64,000 nt of DNA from Spirochaetia bacterium (GCA_017642445.1 JAGCPA010000060.1:11797-75796), one strand, 5' to 3'; counted from the stretch's first letter, positions 53,386 to 63,576 are shown. Made by a program: numbers and translations. Notes: a model not told the origin generated them from the letters alone.

Positions 53386-53916
53386 ATGGGAGCCATTGAA
53401 CCGTTTGCAAAGACCAAGCTGATTATGGGGGTTTTGTCCACTCTGCCCGAGAAAAAAGAGGAGCTTCGGCACCTTCTGGTGGAGGAGTTCGGCCCCATCG
53501 ACTGTGAGAGCCCGGAGTTCGACTTCACCTTCACCGACTACTATGTGCCCGAGATGGGGAACGGCATAAAGCGGTTTTTCTACTCCTTTGTGAATCTGGT
53601 GAGCCCCGACCAGCTCCCTGATATCAAGATACGGACCAACGAACTTGAGGAGAAGTTTGCCCAAGAGGGGAACAGGAAGATAAACCTGGACCCGGGACTT
53701 CTGAGCCTGAGCTCCCTGATACTTGCCACCACAAAGAATAATGTGCACCGGATACCGCTTCAGAAAGGGATTTATGGCGAAGTTACCCTGATGTATGTGA
53801 ACAAAGAATACCAGACCCTGCCATGGACCTATGCCGACTACCGCACCCCCGCCTTCCACGGGATTTTCAAAGAGATGCGCACCCTACTTAAAAAGCGGAT
53901 CCGGGCAGAGAAATAG
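53386..53916 (+). CDS. conserved hypothetical protein (possibly DUF4416-like)
   Basis: 176 aa; no recognizable catalytic motif. Confidence 0.4.
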   Translation: MGAIEPFAKTKLIMGVLSTLPEKKEELRHLLVEEFGPIDCESPEFDFTFTDYYVPEMGNGIKRFFYSFVNLVSPDQLPDIKIRTNELEEKFAQEGNRKINLDPGLLSLSSLILATTKNNVHRIPLQKGIYGEVTLMYVNKEYQTLPWTYADYRTPAFHGIFKEMRTLLKKRIRAEK

Positions 53917-53945
53917 TTTCCCTATTCCACTATTCCCCAAAATAA

Positions 53946-54003
53946 TTTTTAAACTTTTTTCTCAAAAATTGAAGCAAAATGAACTTTTTGTGTGTATATA
54001 CAG
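53946..54003 (+). repeat. about 57-bp direct repeat, copy 1 (upstream of dinJ)
   Basis: TTTTAAACTTTTTTCTCAAAAATTGAAGCAAAATGAACTTTTTGTGTGTATATACAG; copy 2 at 54975-55032 with a few mismatches. Confidence 0.75.
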
Positions 54004-54120
54004 ATAAAACCTTATGGGGAAGTTAGGAGAAAGTATATGACCGGAAATCAATTATTCTTGACAATTGCAATATTTTGTATTATTTTGTATGTAATTAATA
54101 ACACTTTTAGAGGTAATTGT

Positions 54121-54372
54121 ATGGCAACTGTAAGCATAAGAATGGATGATGACACAAAAGCAGCTTTTGAGAGATTCTGCGATTCTGTGGGAATTACTGT
54201 CTCAGCAGCCGTTAATATGTTTGCAAAAATGACAGTCCGGGAAAACCGCATCCCTTTTGAGATTGCAGGCGACCCGTTCTGGAGCGAAGAGAACCAGGCC
54301 AGACTCAGACTATCCATGGCTCACGCAAAAGAAGGAAAGCTTTCCAAGCATGAAATATCAGAGGTTCTGTAA
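54121..54372 (+). CDS. dinJ: RelB/DinJ family antitoxin
   Basis: MATVSIRMDDDTKAAFERFCDSVGITVSAAVNMF ribbon-helix-helix; RBS AGAGGT; an in-frame upstream ATG at 54037 also exists. Confidence 0.75.
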   Translation: MATVSIRMDDDTKAAFERFCDSVGITVSAAVNMFAKMTVRENRIPFEIAGDPFWSEENQARLRLSMAHAKEGKLSKHEISEVL

Positions 54373-54641
54373 TGGATAAATTATGGACCGATGAAGCTTG
54401 GGAAGATTTTCTGCAGCTTCAATCAGATAAAAGGGTGCTGAAAAGAATACAATCCCTTCTGAATGACATTGACAGAAATGGGCATGATGGGATTGGCAAG
54501 CCCGAACCTTTAAGAGGAGAATTCTCTGGATACTGGAGCCGCAGGATTGATGATTTCAACCGCATTGTTTACCGCATAGTTGAAACAGCTGGTAAAAAAA
54601 ATATCGAAATAATTCAATGTGGAACTCACTATCACAAATAA
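54372..54641 (+). CDS. yoeB: YoeB/Txe family toxin (type II TA mRNA interferase)
   Basis: WTDEAWEDFLQLQSDKRVLKRIQSLLNDIDRN...GKPEPLRGEFSGYWSRRIDDFNRIVYRI...CGTHY closely matches YoeB; start overlaps the dinJ stop. Confidence 0.85.
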   Translation: MDKLWTDEAWEDFLQLQSDKRVLKRIQSLLNDIDRNGHDGIGKPEPLRGEFSGYWSRRIDDFNRIVYRIVETAGKKNIEIIQCGTHYHK

Positions 54642-54647
54642 ATAGCA

Positions 54648-54947
54648 TCATACAGTCTCTAGCAGGAAACTGACTGGGCGGAAGCCGTCGTTGCACGAGA
54701 TCATGGCTGACTTAGGATTCTTCATCCAACCGTCGTAGAAGTTACCGCCGCCGGCTGCCAGCTCCTGGACAAAAGGTTTGACTGAATCCCAGGCGCTGTC
54801 GCAGAACCCCTCAGGGCAATCACCACCCCTTGCTATGAACACCATCCCCACCTTCATGTCGCAGGTATGCTCTATCGGATTCTCAAACTGAGCCATCAGA
54901 TCTTTATATTCAGTGATCCGCATCACTGTTATCCGGACATCTTTCAT
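54648..54947 (-). CDS. TIGR04076-like small Cys-containing protein
   Basis: 99 aa; PEGFCDSAW...GGGNFYDGWMKNPKSAMISCNDGFRPVSF resembles the TIGR04076 family; RBS AAGGGGG. Confidence 0.55.
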   Translation of the reverse strand: MKDVRITVMRITEYKDLMAQFENPIEHTCDMKVGMVFIARGGDCPEGFCDSAWDSVKPFVQELAAGGGNFYDGWMKNPKSAMISCNDGFRPVSFLLETV

Positions 54948-54974
54948 GCTTACAATATACCCCCTTTTAAAACT

Positions 54975-55032
54975 TTTTTAAACTTTTTTCTCAAAAATTG
55001 AAGCAGAATGAACTTTTTTGCTGTGTATACAG
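54975..55032 (+). repeat. about 57-bp direct repeat, copy 2 (upstream of a hypothetical ORF)
   Basis: TTTTAAACTTTTTTCTCAAAAATTGAAGCAGAATGAACTTTTTTGCTGTGTATACAG. Confidence 0.75.
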
Positions 55033-55046
55033 GTAGGAGTCCAATT

Positions 55047-55697
55047 GTGGTTGAATTTACTTTATATGAAAACATAACAGACACTGAATTGCAAAAAATA
55101 TTTGAAGGAATCCGGCATACTGAACAGAGACTTGATTATATCAGGCGATATTACACAGAAAAAAAGGACGAGTATGAGATAAGGGAGTTTTCTTCAAGTG
55201 ATAATAAGCTAAATGGGAAAATTGAAGTGTTCAAAAACAGAGATATTAAGAATCACGAAATTGATGAAGCATTATTTTTTGTTAATAAAGGATATTATGT
55301 CACTCTTCTTGCAGAAATCAGTATTCAAAGTGAAAAACATATTGATGCTTTAATTAATCATTCCTGCCTTGTCGAATTACGGCATGTCCGAACCAACAAA
55401 GCAAAGAATATTGCAGATGAAATCAAGAAAGCCGCCAATAAGAAAAACAGTGAAATAATATCTGTTTTCTTTATTGAAAACGCTATAACGGTATCCAAGA
55501 AAAGTATTCTCAAAGAAATTGCTCAGAAAAAACGTAAAGGTGATTTCACAGGAACTTTCAATGAATTGCTATTTATAAGGAATGGTACTATTGACCGTAT
55601 AAAAAACATGGCAGGCCTTGCCAAAGCAGACACCTACCATACACAAAATATACCACGGCCAAACACGATTGTCAATCAAAAACAGGAGGGGCAATGA
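55047..55697 (+). CDS. hypothetical protein (AT-rich ORFan)
   Basis: ORF track gives 55008-55697; a GTG at 55047 preceded by TAGGAG is the likelier start; no recognizable domain. Confidence 0.4.
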   Translation: MVEFTLYENITDTELQKIFEGIRHTEQRLDYIRRYYTEKKDEYEIREFSSSDNKLNGKIEVFKNRDIKNHEIDEALFFVNKGYYVTLLAEISIQSEKHIDALINHSCLVELRHVRTNKAKNIADEIKKAANKKNSEIISVFFIENAITVSKKSILKEIAQKKRKGDFTGTFNELLFIRNGTIDRIKNMAGLAKADTYHTQNIPRPNTIVNQKQEGQ

Positions 55698-56467
55698 ATG
55701 ACACAAATAATAAGATAACCTGGTTGCAATTTTTGACTATCCTGCTTTCTATTTTTCTCGCTTCCTGCAGCATGTTCGACAGCAAGAGTGCAGAGGTGAC
55801 ATTCCATATTCCTTCCCTGCCAGAGGAGATGCAACGACTTGAGGTGGCAGAATGGCAAGTTGTGGTTACATCGGTGGATGATAGGAGGGCGTTCACTGTT
55901 CACAAAGACACTTTCAAAACTCCGGTGCCTGTGTCTGGCATAACATCAGTGCTGGCATATCCTATGGGCAGTTGGGGGACGCTGAAACCGGCAGGGTTTA
56001 TAGTACACGGCAACCTGAAGTCCCACAACTACATGACCTGGGATGATGGCTTTGCCGCTGAATGCACAGCTTTTTCCTTGGCATCCGGGGCAGGGTCTGA
56101 AAACTTCAACTTCACCCTGTTCCAGCAGAAGCTGCTTGAAAAATCCGATGGAAACCCCTGGATATTGAACAGGGATAAAATAATCTATGCCCTCTCTTTC
56201 GGCATATTCAACATGAATTATATCAAGAATGCAGAAATCCATACGCTGAACCTGCCCCTCCCCGGCACAGGCACATGGTACAGCGGCATCCCGGGCTGCA
56301 TACAGAAGTTTGAGCAGTCTGGCGGCTATATCAATGAGCTTGCGATTACGGAGGGGGAAAATGTGTTTGTTAACCCTGTCACGGGTGAGGGAATAACAAT
56401 CTATTCAGACCGGCTGACATGGATCTGCATATCGGGTACTACAGGCGGATTATCCGGCTATTGGTAA
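55694..56467 (+). CDS. hypothetical lipoprotein
   Basis: Signal peptide with lipobox FLASC; 4-nt overlap with the upstream ORF. Confidence 0.6.
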   Translation: MNDTNNKITWLQFLTILLSIFLASCSMFDSKSAEVTFHIPSLPEEMQRLEVAEWQVVVTSVDDRRAFTVHKDTFKTPVPVSGITSVLAYPMGSWGTLKPAGFIVHGNLKSHNYMTWDDGFAAECTAFSLASGAGSENFNFTLFQQKLLEKSDGNPWILNRDKIIYALSFGIFNMNYIKNAEIHTLNLPLPGTGTWYSGIPGCIQKFEQSGGYINELAITEGENVFVNPVTGEGITIYSDRLTWICISGTTGGLSGYW

Positions 56468-57545
56468 GCTTCTCATAACCGTTATCGGTTATCAGATAGT
56501 CATTCTCCAGCCTTACGCCGCCCAGCTCAGGGTCATATACTCCAGGCTCAATGGTAAAGACCATTCCTTTCTCAAGCTTAACCGGATCGACCTTTGCCCT
56601 GAGGAACGGCTTCTCGTGGATATAAAGACCGATGCCGTGGCCCAGATTGTGGGGCATCACATAGCCATTCTTCTCCAGATAATCGTTCACTGCGCCGGAG
56701 AGCTCTGTAGTCAGAGTGCCGGGTTTAAGCAGCTTTTCGGCCACATGCACAGCACTCTCTATAACCTGCACCATCCTCTCCTGCTCTGGATTCAGATTCC
56801 TGGTTATAGTTGTGGTGACATCGCTGGTATAGCCTTCGTACTTCACGCCAAAATCTATGATTGAAAGGCCGTCAGCAGGCATAAGGGCTCCTGTATAGGC
56901 TGGGAAAGCATGAATGTTGTAGCTCCGTCCCATGGATGCAGCCAGGGTCTCAAACCCAGTCCCCTCTGCACCAGCAAGCCGTGCCTCCCTGTCAATCAGC
57001 AGGGCTATGTCGGTCTCGGTGCACTGACCAGTGCGGACAGTCTCCTCTATCTTATCCATAATGGAATCGGTTATGGCAAAAGCTTTGCGCAATGTGGCAA
57101 GCTCATCTGCATCCTTGATCTGACGCATATCCTCCACCATAGCACCGAGCCCTCCGTCGCGGCATATAAACTGGTATGCGCTGTCAGCAGAAAGCCTCAT
57201 GAACTCAGTACATGGCAGCTCAGACGGCAATTCGACCCTGCTCCCGGCAGAAAGCTTCTCCTCCTCCAGCACCTTGGTTACAGCCTGGCTGAGTGTCCTT
57301 CCATAATCGTTATATGGCTTGATCTCTGTTGCAGTTGCCTTTATCTGCGCAAGGTTGATGTCCCATGGCAAAAGCAGGGTCCTGCCGTCGGCAAAGATAA
57401 AGAGCACGCTGTCGGATGGATGCCCTGTCAGATACCGTATGCTGGGATTCCTCATCCCCTCTCTGTCGCAGAGCACCAATAAAGAAATATCCTCCCTGGC
57501 AAGCAGAGAGGATACATTTTTCTGACGCTTTAAATATGTGTTCAT
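56439..57545 (-). CDS. M24 family Xaa-Pro aminopeptidase/dipeptidase (PepP/PepQ-like)
   Basis: Metal-ligand motifs [33 protein letters not shown]. Confidence 0.8.
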   Translation of the reverse strand: MNTYLKRQKNVSSLLAREDISLLVLCDREGMRNPSIRYLTGHPSDSVLFIFADGRTLLLPWDINLAQIKATATEIKPYNDYGRTLSQAVTKVLEEEKLSAGSRVELPSELPCTEFMRLSADSAYQFICRDGGLGAMVEDMRQIKDADELATLRKAFAITDSIMDKIEETVRTGQCTETDIALLIDREARLAGAEGTGFETLAASMGRSYNIHAFPAYTGALMPADGLSIIDFGVKYEGYTSDVTTTITRNLNPEQERMVQVIESAVHVAEKLLKPGTLTTELSGAVNDYLEKNGYVMPHNLGHGIGLYIHEKPFLRAKVDPVKLEKGMVFTIEPGVYDPELGGVRLENDYLITDNGYEKLTNSRIIRL

Positions 57546-60061
57546 CTTACTACAAAGTTGACCAGTTTATTCGGTACAACAATAGTCTTGATCACTGTCT
57601 TTCCAGCAAGAAGCTCCTTTATTCTGTCACTTGCAAGAGCCTCTTTCTCAAGCTCTTCCTTGGAAGCTCCCTTAGGCATGGTCAGCTGGCTCCTGTTCTT
57701 GCTGTTGATCTGGACAACAATTGTGACTTCATCATCATGGGTAAGAGCTTCGTCCCATTCCGGCCACTTCTCGAGAGCCACAGAATCCTTGCCACCCAGC
57801 TTCTCCCAGAGCTCTTCGGCCAGGTGCGGCGCATAAGGGCTAAGGATAAGGACAAATGGCTTCCATGCTGCAACCGGAACTTCATCCAGCCGGTTGATCT
57901 CGTTGATGAATACCATCATCTGTGAGATTGCAGTATTGAACTCAAGATTCTTGGTATCAAGTGAAACTTTCTTTATAGTCTTGTGGAGCAATTTGTTGAG
58001 CTCCGGAGTAAGAGGTGCATCGGAGAACTTCTTCTCGTCGGCGATTCTCCAGATTCTGTCCAGGAAGCGGTATACACCGGAGATTCCTGTGGTGGACCAT
58101 GTCTTGGATACGCTGAGCGGGCCCATGAACATCTCGTAGAGCCTGATTGAATCGGCACCCAGTTCCTTGACAACCTCGTCCGGGTTGATTACGTTGCACA
58201 GCGATTTGGACATCTTTGCAACAACTCTCTCAAGCTCCTCGCCATCCTGGGTGGAGAAGAACTTTCCATCCTTCTCCTCAACCTGGTCGATAGCAACCAG
58301 AGCCTTATTCTTACGCTGATATGCGTATGACAGGATCATTCCCTGGTTCACCAGACGGTGGAACGGCTCCTTGGTGGAGACAAGTCCGAAGTCATAGAGC
58401 ACCTTGTGCCAGAACCGTGCATAGAGCAGGTGCAGAACCGCGTGCTCTGCACCGCCTACATAGAGGTCTACCGGCATCCAGTATTTCTCTTTCTCAGGAT
58501 CGATGAACTTCTCTGTGTTGTGCGGATCGATGAACCGCAGGTAGTACCAGCAGGAGCCGGCCCACTGTGGCATGGTGTTGATCTCTCTCTTCGCAGGGCC
58601 GCCGCATTTCGGGCATGTGGTGTTGACCCAGTCGGTGATCTCTGCCAACGGAGACTCTCCTGTTCCTGTAGGAAGGTAGCTGGTAACCTCTGGCAGTGTA
58701 AGAGGCAGATCTTTCTCTGGAAGCGGAACATTGCCGCAATGCGGGCAGTGTACAACCGGTATAGGCTCGCCCCAGTACCGCTGGCGTGAGAAGATCCAGT
58801 CCCTCAGCTTATAGTTGATGGCCTTGTGGCCGCATTTGTTCTTTTCAAGGAACTCAAGCATCTTGTTGATGGCATCCTGCTTGTTGAGGCCGTCCAGCCA
58901 CTGGGAGTTCACATGCTCGCCATCCTCGGTCCAGGCCTGAGTCTGAACATCCACAGGGGATTTGAGTACCTCGATGATAGGAAGATTGAACTTCTTGGCG
59001 AATTCCCAGTCTCTGTCGTCGTGGGCTGGAACTGCCATGATAGCACCTGTTCCGTAGGAGATGAGCACATAGTCGGCAATCCAGATTGGGATCCGCTCTC
59101 CATTCACAGGGTTGATGGCATAGCTTCCGGAGAATACACCGGTCTTATCCTTTGCCAGGTCGGTCCGCTCCAGGTCTGACTTATGGGCAGCCATATCCAG
59201 ATAAGCCTGTACAGCAGCTTTCTGTGATGGTACAGTAAGCTTTTCTACCAGCGGATGCTCAGGTGCAATTACCATGTAGGTGGCACCGAAGAGTGTATCG
59301 CATCTGGTGGTGTAGACCTCCAGCTTCTCGTCCATGTTCTCCAGCTGGAAGAAGACTGCAGCACCCTCGCTGCGTCCGATCCAGTTCCGCTGCATAGCCT
59401 TTATAGCCTCAGGCCAGTCCAGGAGATCCAGGTCCTCAAGGAGCCGGTCGGCATAAGCTGTTATCTTGAGCATCCACTGGCGGATATTCTTGCGCACTAC
59501 AGGTGTGCCGCAGCGCTCGCACTTTCCTTCCTTGACCTCTTCGTTGGCAAGGCCTGTCTTACAGGAAGGACAGAAGTTGATCGGCTGCTCGGATTCATAA
59601 GCAAGTCCTTTTTCGTACAGCTTGAGGAAGATCCACTGGGTCCACTTGTAATAGTCGGCCTCGCAGGTGGAGACTTCCCGGTCCCAGTCGTAGCTGAGTC
59701 CAAGAGATTTTATCTGGCGGCGGAACACATCAATATTCTTGTGGGTTGTGACCCGTGGATGGGTTCCTGTCTTGATAGCATAGTTCTCGGCAGGCAGGCC
59801 GAAGGAGTCGAAACCCATAGGATGGAGCACTGCATAGCCGTTCATCCGCAGGTATCTGCAGTAGATATCGGTTGCGGTGTAGCCCTCCGGGTGGCCTACA
59901 TGGAGGCCGGCTCCAGATGGATATGGGAACATATCCAGGACATATTTACGTTTTTCTGCCGGGATAGAAGGGTCCTCAACTGCCTTGAAGGTCTTGTGCT
60001 CATCCCAGTACTTCTGCCATTTTTTCTCTATTTCTGTAAAAGGATATTTACTCATATTCAA
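57542..60061 (-). CDS. leuS: leucyl-tRNA synthetase
   Basis: 839 aa; HVGHPEGY (HIGH), VAKMSKS (KMSKS), and the CP1 editing domain. Confidence 0.95.
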   Translation of the reverse strand: MNMSKYPFTEIEKKWQKYWDEHKTFKAVEDPSIPAEKRKYVLDMFPYPSGAGLHVGHPEGYTATDIYCRYLRMNGYAVLHPMGFDSFGLPAENYAIKTGTHPRVTTHKNIDVFRRQIKSLGLSYDWDREVSTCEADYYKWTQWIFLKLYEKGLAYESEQPINFCPSCKTGLANEEVKEGKCERCGTPVVRKNIRQWMLKITAYADRLLEDLDLLDWPEAIKAMQRNWIGRSEGAAVFFQLENMDEKLEVYTTRCDTLFGATYMVIAPEHPLVEKLTVPSQKAAVQAYLDMAAHKSDLERTDLAKDKTGVFSGSYAINPVNGERIPIWIADYVLISYGTGAIMAVPAHDDRDWEFAKKFNLPIIEVLKSPVDVQTQAWTEDGEHVNSQWLDGLNKQDAINKMLEFLEKNKCGHKAINYKLRDWIFSRQRYWGEPIPVVHCPHCGNVPLPEKDLPLTLPEVTSYLPTGTGESPLAEITDWVNTTCPKCGGPAKREINTMPQWAGSCWYYLRFIDPHNTEKFIDPEKEKYWMPVDLYVGGAEHAVLHLLYARFWHKVLYDFGLVSTKEPFHRLVNQGMILSYAYQRKNKALVAIDQVEEKDGKFFSTQDGEELERVVAKMSKSLCNVINPDEVVKELGADSIRLYEMFMGPLSVSKTWSTTGISGVYRFLDRIWRIADEKKFSDAPLTPELNKLLHKTIKKVSLDTKNLEFNTAISQMMVFINEINRLDEVPVAAWKPFVLILSPYAPHLAEELWEKLGGKDSVALEKWPEWDEALTHDDEVTIVVQINSKNRSQLTMPKGASKEELEKEALASDRIKELLAGKTVIKTIVVPNKLVNFVVR

Positions 60062-60250
60062 TATTATAATTTTTTTTAAAAAATTATTCTACCTGTATCA
60101 TTCTTTGACACACCCCCTGTTTTACACTGGGGTCAAGAAGGAGAAAAAGATGATTAAATATATTCTTATCTGGGCCCTTTTCTGCTATATCGAGAGCAAG
60201 ATTGAAGATTATTTAAACGAACAGGATGCCAAGAGAAAGAGGGCAGACAA

Positions 60251-60745
60251 TCACCAGGCGTAACGGGTAAGCTGGCCCTGCTTCTTAAGGTTAGGGAACC
60301 CTTTCTGACGCAGGATGTCATAGACAACTATGGCAACAGAGTTGGAGAGGTTCAGAGAGCGGGTGTCAGGCAGCATGGGTATGCGGATGCAGGTGTCCCG
60401 GTGGGCAGCCAAAAGCTCTTCGGGCAGCCCTTTGGTCTCCTTGCCGAAGAAGATGAAGCAGCTTTCGGGATATTGCATTTCCGAATAGGTGTTAAGCCCT
60501 TTGGTGGTGACATAGTAACACCCCTCTGTACCGTTTTTGGCATAAAACTCTTCTATATTGCGGTAGACAGAGATTTCTGCCATAGGCCAGTAGTCAAGGC
60601 CTGCCCTCTTCAGATACTTATCCTTGAGGGAGAAACCCAGGGGCTCTATAAGGTGGAGATGGGCACCGGTCGCCGCGCAGGTGCGTACAATGTTTCCGGT
60701 GTTCTGAGGAATTTCCGGTTCCAGGAGGACTACATTCAGATTCAT
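60251..60745 (-). CDS. trmL: tRNA (cytidine/uridine(34)-2'-O)-methyltransferase, SpoU/TrmL family
   Basis: VVLLEPEIPQNTGNIVRTCAATGAHLHLIEPLGF; start at the internal ATG (the ORF-track start adds 16 aa). Confidence 0.85.
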   Translation of the reverse strand: MNLNVVLLEPEIPQNTGNIVRTCAATGAHLHLIEPLGFSLKDKYLKRAGLDYWPMAEISVYRNIEEFYAKNGTEGCYYVTTKGLNTYSEMQYPESCFIFFGKETKGLPEELLAAHRDTCIRIPMLPDTRSLNLSNSVAIVVYDILRQKGFPNLKKQGQLTRYAW

Positions 60746-60755
60746 ATGAAAGAAA

Positions 60756-60797
60756 TCAAAAAAAAGACCGGACTGAAATCCGGCCTTTTCCATTTTT
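60756..60797. terminator. bidirectional hairpin terminator between the small zinc-ribbon gene and trmL
   Basis: A8 - GACCGGACTGAAATCCGGCC - TTTTCCATTTTT. Confidence 0.5.
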
Positions 60798-60805
60798 ACA
60801 TATAA

Positions 60806-61021
60806 TTATTTCTGCTTTCCGATAGGTGTGCACTCTTCGCACTTGCACTCTGGGCAGTGCTTGAAGTGCTGCCATTCGTCCTTAAGGACAACCTTTCCAC
60901 AGCTGTTGCATTTTACTTTTCTGTTGGCCATCTTAAGTTTCCAGCAGAAAATAGTTGAAAGAAGACCTACAAGAATACCAATAGCAATAATATCTTTTAC
61001 TGTACTGCTCATTAATACCAT
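60806..61021 (-). CDS. small membrane-anchored zinc-ribbon protein
   Basis: 71 aa; one TM helix then CNSCGK...CPECKCEEC. Confidence 0.45.
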   Translation of the reverse strand: MVLMSSTVKDIIAIGILVGLLSTIFCWKLKMANRKVKCNSCGKVVLKDEWQHFKHCPECKCEECTPIGKQK

Positions 61022-61107
61022 TTTTTCACCCCGAAATATTTTTTTTAAGATTTTTATTTATTTTACTTTTTTATATTTTAACTGTCAATCTTTAAATAGA
61101 GGAACTT

Positions 61108-61488
61108 TTACAGTTTATAGGAGAGTTTTCTGCGCCAATCCCCGATTTTTTCCTTGTTCTCAAAGTCAATTTTCTTTTTTATCTCAAAACCTGCAGGATT
61201 TTGGGAATTTTTCCTAATTATGCCGAAATTGCCCCCGCCGAGGTATGCGATGGAATCACCCTCTTCCAGGGTCTCCCTCTCCCCAAGCTTCTTCATGACG
61301 CAGTCGAAATGGGCCGGCTCGCCGGTCTCAGGCATAGCCAGGGTAGATGCAGCCTCTTTGATCACCTCGCCGCAAAGAGCACAGACAAGTTCAGGCTTCT
61401 CTGGGAATACTATGGTATTATCCCGGTTCACATGCTGTCTGCGTCTGGAATCGCGCTTAAAATTCCTTTTATCCCTGTCTCCGTTCAT
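61108..61488 (-). CDS. hypothetical protein
   Basis: ORF track starts at 61551; an ATG at 61488 with an AGGA RBS is the likelier start; contains CALCGE...HFDC. Confidence 0.4.
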   Translation of the reverse strand: MNGDRDKRNFKRDSRRRQHVNRDNTIVFPEKPELVCALCGEVIKEAASTLAMPETGEPAHFDCVMKKLGERETLEEGDSIAYLGGGNFGIIRKNSQNPAGFEIKKKIDFENKEKIGDWRRKLSYKL

Positions 61489-61630
61489 TTTTATCCTGCA
61501 TGTCGAAAATCTCGCTGGAAAGCACCCAGGAGATCCGCTCCACAGCATCATTGATATATTCTGCTGTGTTGACTTCTTTTTTCAGCTCCTCAAGCCGCTC
61601 TTGAGCTGTCTCTTTTGCCACTCTGGACAT
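61469..61630 (-). CDS. small hypothetical protein (53 aa) translationally coupled to yraN
   Basis: Hand-translated MSRVAKETAQERLEELKKEVNTAEYINDAVERISWVLSSEIFDMQDKNERRQG; its ATG overlaps the yraN TGA (TGATG). Confidence 0.25.
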   Translation of the reverse strand: MSRVAKETAQERLEELKKEVNTAEYINDAVERISWVLSSEIFDMQDKNERRQG

Positions 61631-61986
61631 CAGTAATCTCCGAAAGCATCTTTAATATGGGTAATCTCTCCCCCGCCAGAGACAAAAACCACATCGTAGC
61701 GGATTGTCTTTCCCTGGCACAGGCGCTGGTTCTGCAGCATGAAAACCTGAGAGGTGGCAATGATACGGTGCTGTTTGCGCGCATCTATGCTTTTCTCAAG
61801 ATCCATGACAGAAAGATTCTTCCACGCCTTCACCTCTACAAACACCAAATCGCAGCCTGATGTCATGATTAGATCAATCTCACCAGGATGCGCTTTGAAG
61901 TTCCGGGCAACGGGGGTATATCCCCTTTCTATAAGATACTTTTCGGCAGATTCTTCGCCAATTTTACCTTTTTTAAAGGTATTCAT
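61630..61986 (-). CDS. yraN: YraN family (UPF0102) endonuclease
   Basis: GEESAEKYLIERGYTPVARNFKAHPGEIDLIM...LVFVEVKAW matches the YraN PD-(D/E)xK core. Confidence 0.8.
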   Translation of the reverse strand: MNTFKKGKIGEESAEKYLIERGYTPVARNFKAHPGEIDLIMTSGCDLVFVEVKAWKNLSVMDLEKSIDARKQHRIIATSQVFMLQNQRLCQGKTIRYDVVFVSGGGEITHIKDAFGDY

Positions 61987-61996
61987 CAGAAAAGTT

Positions 61997-62359
61997 TTAT
62001 TTTGCCTCTTCTTTTTTCTTGATCAGCTCTTTGATCTTGGCAGCCTTACCAACTCTGTCTCTAAGATAGTAGAGTTTAGCACGGCGGACTTTTCCGTATT
62101 TTACAACTTCGATTTTCTGAATTCTAGGTGAGTTGAATGGGAATACTCTCTCAACTCCGACGCCGAATGACATCTTACGTACAGTGAATGTCTTTCTCAG
62201 TCCTGTGTTGTTCTTTGCGATGCAGACACCTTCAAATACCTGAACTCTCTCTGTGGTGCCCTCGATGATCTTGAAGAAGACTTTGATTGTGTCACCGATT
62301 CCGAAAATCTCCACATTGTCCTTTATCTGTTCTGCCTCAATTGCTTTAATCAGATCCAT
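61997..62359 (-). CDS. rplS: 50S ribosomal protein L19
   Basis: Strongly conserved L19 sequence (FGIGDTIKV...[12 protein letters not shown]...[11 protein letters not shown]). Confidence 0.95.
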   Translation of the reverse strand: MDLIKAIEAEQIKDNVEIFGIGDTIKVFFKIIEGTTERVQVFEGVCIAKNNTGLRKTFTVRKMSFGVGVERVFPFNSPRIQKIEVVKYGKVRRAKLYYLRDRVGKAAKIKELIKKKEEAK

Positions 62360-63047
62360 TCTGATTTCCTCCTATATGTTCAGGTCCCAGAAGCTCAGGC
62401 CTGTTCATTTTTGTTTTCTCGAGGCTTTTCATAAGCCTCCAATCCCGTATGTTCTTATGATGCCCCGAAAGAAGCACCTCGGGCACCTTCATGCCGCGGA
62501 ACACCTCGGGCCTGGTATACTGGGGATACTCCAAAAGCCCGTTGGAAAAGCTCTCCTCCTCCAGGGACTCGCTGCTTATGACACCGTCGTAAAGGCGGTA
62601 CACAGCATCCACAATAACCAGCGATGCAATCTCTCCGGAAGATATGACATAATCTCCGATACAGATCTCATCATCAACATAACTGTCAATTATCCGTTGG
62701 TCAATACCCTCGTACCGGCCGCAGATAAAAACCAGCTCTTCCTCCTCCGCCAGAGCAGAGGCATATTTCTGACTAAACAGCTTCCCGCTGGGGGAAGGAT
62801 ATATAGTCCGTATGGAGGAGGCGTTCACCGAATCCAAAGCCCGTGCCAGCGGCTCGGTCTTCATGACCATGCCGGCTCCTCCGCCGTAGGGATAGTCGTC
62901 GCAGCTCTTATACTTGTCCAGGCAGAAGCTCCTGATATCCACAACCTGGTAGGTTATGATACCCTTCTCCACCGCCTTGGCCATTATGGAGCTCTTGAAA
63001 TACCCCTCAATAATCTCAGGAAACAGAGTCAGAATAGTAAACTTCAT
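62346..63047 (-). CDS. trmD: tRNA (guanine37-N1)-methyltransferase
   Basis: [11 protein letters not shown]...; [17 protein letters not shown] and YTRP motifs. Confidence 0.95.
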   Translation of the reverse strand: MKFTILTLFPEIIEGYFKSSIMAKAVEKGIITYQVVDIRSFCLDKYKSCDDYPYGGGAGMVMKTEPLARALDSVNASSIRTIYPSPSGKLFSQKYASALAEEEELVFICGRYEGIDQRIIDSYVDDEICIGDYVISSGEIASLVIVDAVYRLYDGVISSESLEEESFSNGLLEYPQYTRPEVFRGMKVPEVLLSGHHKNIRDWRLMKSLEKTKMNRPELLGPEHIGGNQNGSD

Positions 63048-63568
63048 TCAAAAAACCATGTTTCCTTAAGCTCGATAGTCTTGTTCTCTGTGTCCACCTG
63101 ACCGATGAACTGATCCAGGAAAGGAACCAGCACTGTACGCTTTTTCCCCTCTGTATCAGGATCGCATTCAATCTCAAGGAGAGCTGAAGCACCGTTGTCT
63201 ATGACCGACTTCACCACTCCCATCCGGTTTCCCTCATGCAGAAGAACGCTACCGAACAGATCACAATAATAAAATTCTCCCTCCTCAAGAGGAGAGGCAA
63301 ACTCCCTGGAGACCACAACGTCCCAGGTCGCGTACATCTTTGCAGCTTCAGGGCTGTCCAAAGTTCTTAACTTAAGAAGAATATCTCCATTCAGCTCCTG
63401 CACACGCTCCACATCAAAGTGTTTCTGCACAGCTCCCTTCTTAAGGAAAACTTCCTTAAGAGGAAGAAAATGGTCAGTTTCGCCAGAATAGCTTGAAACC
63501 TTGATATCCCCTCTCACTCCATAGGATGTTCTGACAAACCCTATGGCAATCAGATCCTGCCCTTCCAC
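63044..63568 (-). CDS. rimM: ribosome maturation factor RimM
   Basis: IGFVRTSYGVRGDIKV N-terminal beta-barrel and a PRC-barrel C-terminus; standard rpsP-rimM-trmD-rplS order. Confidence 0.9.
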   Translation of the reverse strand: MEGQDLIAIGFVRTSYGVRGDIKVSSYSGETDHFLPLKEVFLKKGAVQKHFDVERVQELNGDILLKLRTLDSPEAAKMYATWDVVVSREFASPLEEGEFYYCDLFGSVLLHEGNRMGVVKSVIDNGASALLEIECDPDTEGKKRTVLVPFLDQFIGQVDTENKTIELKETWFFE

Positions 63569-63576
63569 CTGCTGCC

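Noticed and set aside
53992-54120. ORF-track extension of dinJ back to 53992 (126 aa)
   Set aside because: The N-terminal 43 aa are hydrophobic/low-complexity and overlap the repeated promoter-like element; the RHH antitoxin domain begins at M44 with its own RBS. The intermediate start at 54037 is kept as an open question in the findings.
57558-60079. Numerous short ORFs on both strands within leuS
   Set aside because: leuS homology is continuous over 839 aa with HIGH and KMSKS motifs; the overlapping frames are shadows.
62253-63101. 282-aa plus-strand ORF antisense to trmD and rimM
   Set aside because: Antisense to two universally conserved genes; no motifs.
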